The notes under the pieces: generated by a model
Told to the model about the DNA's origin: nothing
The model's database searches: none
What the model saw: the letters and a program-made list of their open reading frames with translations, nothing else
Program-made: the position numbers and the translations under genes
Part shown: in pieces, positions 48,191-56,107 of the stretch
How the letters are laid out: the number at the start of each line of letters is the position of its first letter
How positions within the stretch are numbered: position 1 is the first letter of the stretch
Origin: Spirochaetia bacterium
GTDB taxonomy: Bacteria > Spirochaetota > Spirochaetia > CADAEX01
Direction of reading: 5' to 3'
NCBI GenBank assembly: GCA_963662265.2
Contig: CAXXHA010000036.1
Span: 32,001 to 96,000, forward strand
DNA: 64,000 nucleotides

Positions 48191-49771
48191 ATGATATTAA
48201 AACCGAGAAAAGGATTTTCATTTATAGTAAAATTTATTGATTTTTTTAATCCTGTTATTGTTCTTCTTTCCATTGCAGGATTGATTCTGGAATATACCCA
48301 ATACAAGGAATATGTTCTGTATCCGAACAGAATAATTGATATGGTTTTTGTTGTTGATTTTCTTCTCAGGCTGATTTCATTCCCGTCAGGAAGATATTTC
48401 TTCAAATCCTACGGATGGGTTGATTTCCTCGCATCTATTCCTGGTTTTACTGCATTCATGCAGTTCGGGCAGTATTTCGGATTATTCAAGGTGATGAGAA
48501 TAGGAAGGTTTTTCAAGATAATCAGGGTATTGAGATTCCTCCGTATTTTCAGCTTCCTTAAAAAGATGAAAGGGGATTCCGCTTTCATACAGGAAAGAAT
48601 AATGAAAATCGGTGTTACAATTGTTATTATCTTTGTAACAGGCCTCGGTTTTACAGATTATTTCATAACACAGACTCTTTCCTCCCTTAAGGGGGAAAAT
48701 ATCAGGACTGTCATGGAGCTTTCCCGCAACAAGGTGGATAAGCTTGCAGAACGTGTTGAAAATGTTGCCTATTATTCAGACAGGGGTATTCTTTATGACA
48801 GCGAAGGGAAAACAGCTGATACTTACAGTGATTACGCTGAAAAACTAAACAGTCTTAACATCTGGTACACTGAAGTCAGGTTTTCCGACAGCTCGGCAGA
48901 TCATGACGGTTACCTGATACCTGTTGAAGGTATACTTGTTACTTCTGAAGATATAATGGTAAAGCATGACAATATCATGCTTATACTGATTGCCTCCCTT
49001 ATTATGATACTTGTCATACTAATATTCTATATCGGGTATATTTTTGCCAAGGACATGAAAATAGTCCAGCTGATAAATGATTCGGTTGATGCCGGAGATT
49101 ACTGGCTTCTGAAAGAGGAGGCAAGGAAATACTCATCGACAGGAGAACTGGCTGTTGAAGAGGGTGAGGATGAAATAGTCAGCCTGATTAAAATGGCTGC
49201 AGTACTGGCTGAAAGAGCTGAAGTATCTGCAGGGGGTATGGCAGGAATGGACAGCATATTTTCAGATACCGGTTTTTCCGGTGATTTCCCGCAGCTTGAC
49301 ACCTCATTCCAGAGTATGCCTCCCGATAATGAACATGATATGCCTGCGATTGATTCAGGAACAGGTGAAGTCGAAGTGGAGATGCCGGTTATTTCTGATG
49401 TTGATGAAGATGAGGAAATAAATGAACTTGCAGAAGTTCTTTCAGATTTCGGCGGATTCACTGATGAATTCGGAAAAGCTTCAATATCTGAAAACAGTAC
49501 TGAAACTTATGCCGAATCTGAAAACAGTTTAATGTCTTCAGGTTCAGAAACTATGCCTTATTCAGCCGATACATCTGATTCTGAAACAGTGACGGAAAAA
49601 CTTATGACAATTGAAAAAACTGTCAGGGAAATAAACAGTAAATTATCGTCACTTGAAAATGTCCGGGAAAGCACTCTTGAGTCAGTTGCAAGAGATGCTG
49701 CTTCCCGTGCTGTTAAAATAACGTCAAAATCCATTGGTGAATATATACATAAAAAACTGTCCGGTAAGTGA
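48191..49771 (+). CDS. Voltage-sensor-domain protein without pore (S1-S4, TM, periplasmic region, TM, HAMP-like, acidic tail)
   Basis: S2 FVVDFLLR, S3 WVDFLASIP, S4 K..R..R..K..R..R..R; no pore/filter motif; DEIVSL HAMP-like motif. Confidence 0.8.
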   Translation: MILKPRKGFSFIVKFIDFFNPVIVLLSIAGLILEYTQYKEYVLYPNRIIDMVFVVDFLLRLISFPSGRYFFKSYGWVDFLASIPGFTAFMQFGQYFGLFKVMRIGRFFKIIRVLRFLRIFSFLKKMKGDSAFIQERIMKIGVTIVIIFVTGLGFTDYFITQTLSSLKGENIRTVMELSRNKVDKLAERVENVAYYSDRGILYDSEGKTADTYSDYAEKLNSLNIWYTEVRFSDSSADHDGYLIPVEGILVTSEDIMVKHDNIMLILIASLIMILVILIFYIGYIFAKDMKIVQLINDSVDAGDYWLLKEEARKYSSTGELAVEEGEDEIVSLIKMAAVLAERAEVSAGGMAGMDSIFSDTGFSGDFPQLDTSFQSMPPDNEHDMPAIDSGTGEVEVEMPVISDVDEDEEINELAEVLSDFGGFTDEFGKASISENSTETYAESENSLMSSGSETMPYSADTSDSETVTEKLMTIEKTVREINSKLSSLENVRESTLESVARDAASRAVKITSKSIGEYIHKKLSGK

Positions 49772-49887
49772 CAGAAGTGCTTTTATTCGCTGTTTTAATA
49801 TAATTATTTGTTATATTACAATTACATTACAATCAGAAAATGCAATGATGATTGACGACAGTTATTATCTCTGGTATTTTTATTTTT

Positions 49888-50994
49888 ATGAAGATAGCGC
49901 ATATACACAGCGGCGTAAGGGGAATAGCTTCTTATGCTCTTAACTTATATAATTATTTCGAATCGGCAGGCGACAGGACTCTTATTGTCAGTGAAGCAAA
50001 ATGGACAAAAAAGAGAATACCTGTTTATGAACCAAAATCCTATCTTATCGGCGGAGTAATGCCATGGGCCAGGAATGTAGGAGAGGTGGGGGAACAACTT
50101 ACAGAGTTTCAGCCTGATATTCTTCACCATCATCACCCATCAGGCAGGCTTGATTTTCATATCTCCAAGTTTCAGAAATCACTCGAATGTCCGCTGGTCT
50201 GTACATTCCATATGTCAGTCGGGTCCAGAAAATATATGGTTGATAAATGGATGAATGCCTTTTTTCTTGCGACAAGGCGAAATTTCCGGAACGCGGACTG
50301 TTATGTTGCAATCAGCAAATTTGTTAAAAAGCAGCTTGAAGAGATCGGAGGAGTTCCTAAAGAGAAAATTGTTCTCCTGTATGCCGGTGTTGATCCTGAA
50401 GTATTCAAACCTGTTCAGTATGAAAACCATGATACACTTAATATAACATTTGTCGGACAGATTACCCCGGAAAAGGGGATTGACCAGCTGATTGATGTTG
50501 TTACACGGCTGAGTGAATACAGAAAAGTCAAACTTAACATTGTAGGCAACGGGACATTGAAACCTCTTCTCATGAAGAAGACACAGAATAACCGTGCAAT
50601 CAACTGGGTCGGATTTCTCAACAGTCCGGAAAAAGTCGGTGAGTTTTATGCAAAGTCAGATGTCACTGTTCTCCCGACAAGATGGGATGAGGCTTTTTCA
50701 TATATCCCTCTTGAATCTCTTTCAAGCGGAACTGCGGTTATAGCCTCCCGGTGCGGCGGGAATATGGAAGCTATACAGGAAAATGAAACAGGTATTCTGT
50801 TTACTCCCGGAAAAGGGGATGAACTCTTTGATATTCTCAGAAAAGTTGAAATCCCCGAGTTATGGGATATGGGCGCCAGAGGAAGAGAGTATATTCTGAA
50901 TAAACATACACTTCAGACATTCGGAGATAAATACAAGATGCTGTATCAGGACCTGTTAAGCAGACCTTTTTTCCCACGGCAGATTGATTCCTGA
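49888..50994 (+). CDS. Glycosyltransferase family 4
   Basis: FVGQITPEKG, EAFSYIPLESLSSG (EX7E); start revised to ATG 49888. Confidence 0.88.
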   Translation: MKIAHIHSGVRGIASYALNLYNYFESAGDRTLIVSEAKWTKKRIPVYEPKSYLIGGVMPWARNVGEVGEQLTEFQPDILHHHHPSGRLDFHISKFQKSLECPLVCTFHMSVGSRKYMVDKWMNAFFLATRRNFRNADCYVAISKFVKKQLEEIGGVPKEKIVLLYAGVDPEVFKPVQYENHDTLNITFVGQITPEKGIDQLIDVVTRLSEYRKVKLNIVGNGTLKPLLMKKTQNNRAINWVGFLNSPEKVGEFYAKSDVTVLPTRWDEAFSYIPLESLSSGTAVIASRCGGNMEAIQENETGILFTPGKGDELFDILRKVEIPELWDMGARGREYILNKHTLQTFGDKYKMLYQDLLSRPFFPRQIDS

Positions 50995-51111
50995 TCCAGA
51001 TTGCTGAATCGTTTAAAAAGCATCATATGCTGATTTTTCCGGTTTTTTAAATGACAAAAAAATTGACTGCGTGATAACATATCAGTTTAAATAGAAATTA
51101 TAGACACTCAT

Positions 51112-51135
51112 AAAAACCCGCTTTTGCGGGTTTTT
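51112..51135. terminator. Bidirectional intrinsic terminator
   Basis: AAAAACCCGC-TTTT-GCGGGTTTTT between convergent genes. Confidence 0.85.
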
Positions 51136-51269
51136 CTTTGAAGATCCACCCGCCCGGCACCTTTACCCGAAGGGGGGGGAGAAAGTATAAAGGAACTATT
51201 TTTTATTATTCAGGAAATTATTATCATATAAGAATCTCTTGTCTGAATACAGAATAAAATGAGACAAAA

Positions 51270-51319
51270 TAAAAAACCCCGTCTATTGGATTTTTGTCCA
51301 ACAAAAGGGGTTCATATCA
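51270..51319 (-). mobile_element. Remnant left end of an IS3-family (IS150/IS861-like) element, no transposase
   Basis: Minus strand TGATATGAACCCCTTTTGTTGGACAAAAATCCAATAGACGGGGTTTTTTATT follows the TG..CCCC....GTT.GACA IRL plus inverted-copy pattern. Confidence 0.5.
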
Positions 51320-51341
51320 CAGTCCGGTTCGGGCTTTTTTA

Positions 51342-53051
51342 TCAGAACCTGAGCTTTCCGGAAAGGGCAAGTTCGATGTCGTTCAATGTCCTTCCGCTGT
51401 CATGTTTGTAGTTTGAAATATTTATCCAGTAGAAATCAGCACCCCACGATAATCTGCGCTCCGGGAAAAGAATTCCGTGAAGACCTGTTATAAGTTCCTT
51501 TTCAGGTGTTCCTGTAAGTGTAGTCCTGCTGTTTGCGTCAGACCCCTTGTCATAAGAGAGCGGATCATCCAGCGAATCATTAAGCTCTCCTGTCAGTTTA
51601 TATCTTGCATCCAGTGACACTGAATAAATATCCTTGTGGTCATATTCTATTTTTGAATAAATTACAATTGCATCAGGACCATGCTCATATCCTATCGGCT
51701 TGTTTACATACTCATATCTGTCAGGTTCAATATTGGACCACATCCTTCTCCTGTTTGTGAATCTTGTGAGGGGGTGCCACCTGTTATAGAAATAGGGGTC
51801 AGTAAACGCAAATTCACTGTTGAATGTCAGATATCCGGTTTCTACCGGTTTGATATATCTTAATCCTGTCAGAAACCCGTAGGCCCCCGGGCGTGTATCT
51901 TCCCCCTCATATCCCGGAACCTGAAACTCATCTACAGCAGCCTGTGCATAGATATTTAAGCCTCTTGAAACTGTGTAGTCTGCTTCGAAGGAAATCATTG
52001 CGTTTGAGTATTCAGGGGCAAAAAGGTTGTGGAAGACAAATGCCGGGTTCAGTTCTGTGATATTCAAATATTTGTTTCCGAAGACTATTGCTTCATTGAT
52101 GTTGATATTCAGTTTTTCAGAAGCCCTGAATTCTGTCCTGTGAGCGAGGAAAGCTTTGAACTGCTCCTGGTAGTTGTCATAACCCCCTGCCAGCCCGTTT
52201 TCATATGTGCCTGTATCAGCATCAATATCCTCTTCCTCAGAAGTCAGCCATGCATCCATGCCTATATAAATAAAAGACATCTTGAAGTCTTCCCAGTAGG
52301 TGGTGAAGCGTATCAGGTTGTAGAAATCCGAGTAATCGGAGAGCAGCAGGTTACCTGTTTCTCCCATTCCCCAGTCAGCCTTATCCCTTCCGAACTGCAG
52401 GTTCCAGTGTTCTCCCCCGAAAGAAAGGAATGCCCTGAAAGGGAAGTACCAGTCAAATTCCCTTGGATTTGCCGGAATGCTTGTATAGTTGTTGTCAATA
52501 TCTGTTACTGCCCTGTATTCCTCTTTAAGCGTCAGGTCCAGTGTCGCGTAAAACCCGCTGCCGAACCATCCCTCAAAAGGTACTGAAAGGAGGGGATTTC
52601 TTTCTTCAAACCCATGCTCCCATTCCTTTCTGTTTTCATTTCCCTTAACATAGCCATCAATATTGATTTCTCCTGAAATCCTGTAGCAGAAATCCCCTTT
52701 TTTCCCGCCGTCAATATCTTCTGACAGTTCCGAGTTTATTATCTTGTATGAGTATTCTTCGGCAGGCGAAAGCAGCTTTACAGGAAGCCGGTCAAGAATC
52801 ATGATTGCCTCATCGACTGACCAGGGCCTTGCCGTTGACGGAAGTGCCATGCTGTTTATCATGTAGAGCCTGTCAATTTCCCTGTACAGGGGGGAGAAAA
52901 CCGGTATGATTCTCTGGTAATTTTTCTTATCGGAATTGTTTTTCTCTGCAGATGCCGGAATCAATACAGCAGTCATGAAAATGACTGCATATGCAAGGAG
53001 GATAATTTTTTTTATTTTTTTAAAATCAGCTGATGTTTTTTTTTCTCTCAT
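51342..53051 (-). CDS. Capsule assembly Wzi-like outer-membrane beta-barrel (paralog 2)
   Basis: Signal peptide, RPWS N-terminal motif, FGRD...WG....GNLLLSD, AHR.E, C-terminal aromatic (KLRF). Confidence 0.7.
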   Translation of the reverse strand: MREKKTSADFKKIKKIILLAYAVIFMTAVLIPASAEKNNSDKKNYQRIIPVFSPLYREIDRLYMINSMALPSTARPWSVDEAIMILDRLPVKLLSPAEEYSYKIINSELSEDIDGGKKGDFCYRISGEINIDGYVKGNENRKEWEHGFEERNPLLSVPFEGWFGSGFYATLDLTLKEEYRAVTDIDNNYTSIPANPREFDWYFPFRAFLSFGGEHWNLQFGRDKADWGMGETGNLLLSDYSDFYNLIRFTTYWEDFKMSFIYIGMDAWLTSEEEDIDADTGTYENGLAGGYDNYQEQFKAFLAHRTEFRASEKLNININEAIVFGNKYLNITELNPAFVFHNLFAPEYSNAMISFEADYTVSRGLNIYAQAAVDEFQVPGYEGEDTRPGAYGFLTGLRYIKPVETGYLTFNSEFAFTDPYFYNRWHPLTRFTNRRRMWSNIEPDRYEYVNKPIGYEHGPDAIVIYSKIEYDHKDIYSVSLDARYKLTGELNDSLDDPLSYDKGSDANSRTTLTGTPEKELITGLHGILFPERRLSWGADFYWINISNYKHDSGRTLNDIELALSGKLRF

Positions 53052-53083
53052 TCATTAACTCCTGACACTGTTTATCTGCAATA

Positions 53084-53110
53084 TATTTTCCCTGAAAAAC
53101 AGGGAAAATA
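53084..53110. other. Intergenic hairpin between the wzi-like paralogs
   Basis: TATTTTCCCTG-AAAAA-CAGGGAAAATA, 11-bp stem. Confidence 0.5.
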
Positions 53111-53150
53111 ATTTTGTATGTTTTAAATATTCTATGTAATAAAAGTAATG

Positions 53151-54854
53151 TTAATATGCCTGCCATTTACCCGAAAGCGTCAGTATGCTGTTCCATTCAT
53201 GATCACCTTTATTCTTGTTTTTGTTATGCACGTATTCAACAGTAAGGGCAGCTGACAGTTTGACACCGTAAAAAGGTATTCTGTACTCTGTGTAAAGTGT
53301 CGAATCAAGAGTTGTTTCCCTGACAGCCCCGTCAATCCCGTAGTCCAGGAAGTTGTAGTTTTCAACATCCTCATCATAAAGACCGCCCATTCCCCATGTG
53401 ATACCGTCATCATGGGCATGGGTATTTACATCTCCGAATGCGTCCTGAATAAATCTGAAAGTAATACCGTGTGTTCTTCTTATATCTGCATCGTAACGGA
53501 AATCAAATGACAGCATATGCGCGTTGGGGGGCAGTGTATGACCGATACTGACTCCGTCATGTGTGTAGTTGTTTCTATGTCCGTTCACCTCTTTGTGTGT
53601 ATATACCCACTGGTTAAGGTATGTGTATTCTGTTGTGAAAGTCAGGCCGTCTGCAAAGCTGTAGTTCCTGTATCCCAGCGTTATACCCATTTCATTATGG
53701 TAGTAGGCCGGGTTGAAAAGCTGTCCGAAGTCCCAGTCATCGACAAATAGGGAAAGATAGAGGTTTGACTGTTTAAATCTGAAAAGGAAATCAAATCCTC
53801 CCATCTTGTTATCCAGGTCTCCCTGGTTAACCTCGCTTATGTAGTAGAGTGAAAACGGGTTTGCATAGGCAAGTTCAAATCTTTCTGAATACATGACAGT
53901 TTCGAAGAAAGAGAACTGAAACCAGTCACTGAGCTGGTATTCGATTCTGTGCCCTGTTATCAGTTTTCCTTTATCTTCATCTGCCTCATCATCTGTCTGT
54001 GTTAAAAATCCTGTAATCCATGAAAAGTATATTTTTTCACCGACTGGTATGTCGAATGTCAGGTATTCATATGGAACTGATGTTGCTGAGAGCGCAAGGT
54101 TTGCATACTGGCTGGGCCCCCATGATATTGAATCCCTTCCGAAAGTTATCATTGCAATGTCAGCATCAATTGTTGTCTGGTTTAGCTGGTTCATCCGTAT
54201 CGAAAGTTCTGGATCTCCGACTGCCCGGTTAGCATCAAGGTTGAAACTTGTACCGCCGTTTGCAAGATTTACTGTGTACATATTGAAATCCGGTTTTGCC
54301 GGAGTTTCGAATTTCCTGTAGGGAGCTTCTTCCCATGTTTCAAAGGCAAGGTATGAATCTGTTGAAAGACCCAGGTAGAGCCTGTTCCCGACCTGAACAT
54401 CAATTTTTAGTTCTGCTCCCGGTTCAATCACTGTGTCTTTAACAGAATCGGGAGATGTATTTACATTAAAGCGGGGAGCTATGTTCAGTCCTGTTGTAAA
54501 TTTCTCTGTCTCGTTTCTGAGGAGAGAAAAATGTTCCCCTTCAATACGTTTTTTATGGGACTGGAGTTCTTCTATATCTTTTTCTGTGAATTCTTCAGGA
54601 TCTGTTTTCCAGCTGTTTTCCATTTTTTTAAGATATTCAATCACCCTTTTTTCTGTATATGGCCTGACAGAAGGGAGGTATTCTATCCATCCCTTTGCAT
54701 ATCCCTTGTCAAGGAAAAGATATACCGGATCTTCTAGAGTAATATTTTTCAGGCTTTCCGCGCCTGCCGGAAATGCCGCTGCTGTAAGTATGAATGCTGC
54801 AATCAGCAGCCTGAAAACAGCTTTAGAAGTTTTTTTGCAATATGCTGGTCTCAT
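53151..54854 (-). CDS. Capsule assembly Wzi-like outer-membrane beta-barrel (paralog 1)
   Basis: Signal peptide, RPYT, FGRDSISWGP..ANLALS, GHRIE, DNKMGG, C-terminal WQAY. Confidence 0.72.
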   Translation of the reverse strand: MRPAYCKKTSKAVFRLLIAAFILTAAAFPAGAESLKNITLEDPVYLFLDKGYAKGWIEYLPSVRPYTEKRVIEYLKKMENSWKTDPEEFTEKDIEELQSHKKRIEGEHFSLLRNETEKFTTGLNIAPRFNVNTSPDSVKDTVIEPGAELKIDVQVGNRLYLGLSTDSYLAFETWEEAPYRKFETPAKPDFNMYTVNLANGGTSFNLDANRAVGDPELSIRMNQLNQTTIDADIAMITFGRDSISWGPSQYANLALSATSVPYEYLTFDIPVGEKIYFSWITGFLTQTDDEADEDKGKLITGHRIEYQLSDWFQFSFFETVMYSERFELAYANPFSLYYISEVNQGDLDNKMGGFDFLFRFKQSNLYLSLFVDDWDFGQLFNPAYYHNEMGITLGYRNYSFADGLTFTTEYTYLNQWVYTHKEVNGHRNNYTHDGVSIGHTLPPNAHMLSFDFRYDADIRRTHGITFRFIQDAFGDVNTHAHDDGITWGMGGLYDEDVENYNFLDYGIDGAVRETTLDSTLYTEYRIPFYGVKLSAALTVEYVHNKNKNKGDHEWNSILTLSGKWQAY

Positions 54855-55974
54855 TTTATGTGTTCCCTTATTTTCTGTATTGCAGCATAAACTGCCTGAT
54901 CCATGTTGTAGTATTTGTATTCGGCAAGCCGTCCTGTAAAGATGAAGTTGCCTGATTTTTCCAGTCTGTCTATTTCTTTAACATATTTTTTCCGTTTGTC
55001 CATATTATCTTCAGTCATGACAACATAGTAGGGTTCTCCCGACTGTTTGGGATATTCATAGCAGATAACTGTTTTTGAAGACTGCTCTCCTGTCATGTGC
55101 TTGAATTCCGTTATACGGTAAAATCATAATCGTTGGGATAATTTACAACAGCAGCATTCTGATACCATTCAGTATCAAGAGTCCTGAATTCAATATCCAG
55201 TGACCTGTATTCAAGTTCCCCGTATCTGTAATCAAAAAAACGGTCAAGTTCCCCTGTATATACAGTAAGACCTTTCTCCTCGTCAAAAATAGAGGAGATG
55301 TTTTTTCTTATCTCGAAATAATCAACATTGCTCATCACAGAAATGTTTTCATGATCAAGCATATTTTTTACCATCTCTGTATATCCGCCGACAGGGATCC
55401 CCTGATACTGGTCAGCGAAATACCTGTTGTCACGGTTTGATCTTACAGGTATCCTGTTTGCCACATCGGCAGAAAGCTCTTCCGGATCTCTTTCCCACTG
55501 TTTTATTGTGTAGTTTTTGAAAAACAGGTTATAGAGCCGCTCCCCCACCTGGGAGACAACAGCATCCCTGAAATTTCTCGGAGGATGGTTGTAGGTTGAG
55601 CATGATACCTCTCTGTCGAGGAATTTCCGTACCTCGCCTGTTGTAATATTCTCTCCGAATACCTGGTTGATTGTATCCCTGTTTATCGGGAACGGGACTT
55701 CCATCCCCTCTGCATAGCCGAGGACTCTGTGCTGGAAAAATCTGAATTCTGTATATTGTTTCAGAAAATCCCAGACTTCCTTTATATTTGTATGGAAAAT
55801 GTGCGGACCATATGTGTGTACTGTTATTCCTGCAGATGACAGAAAGTCGTGACAGTGACCTGCAAGATGTTTATGTTTCTCAAGGACAAGAACTTTTTTT
55901 CCTGATTCTGCAAGCAATCTTGCAGCTGTACTGCCTGACAGACCTGCTCCGGCAACAAGGCAATCGAATTCCAT
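54851..55974 (-). pseudogene. glf: UDP-galactopyranose mutase, split by a 1-bp frameshift near 55117
   Basis: GAGLSG, HTYGPHIFHT, YQGIP, LEYRSL, VVNYP in ORF 55111-55974; RITEFKH...YYNMDQ continues in the shifted frame. One extra base restores FTRITEFKH. Could be an assembly error. Confidence 0.8.
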
Positions 55975-56107
55975 TTATAACTCCTGTAAAATCAGGATTA
56001 TTTCAAGCCTGATGATTAATCCTGTTTATATAGCAGGTTATGTTAACATAATTACTTTTTTTTTTACAGATTAATTATATTGAATGTTATTTCGCATTAT
56101 TTATATG

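Noticed and set aside
54851-55096. Separate 81-aa gene
   Set aside because: It is the C-terminal part of frameshifted glf
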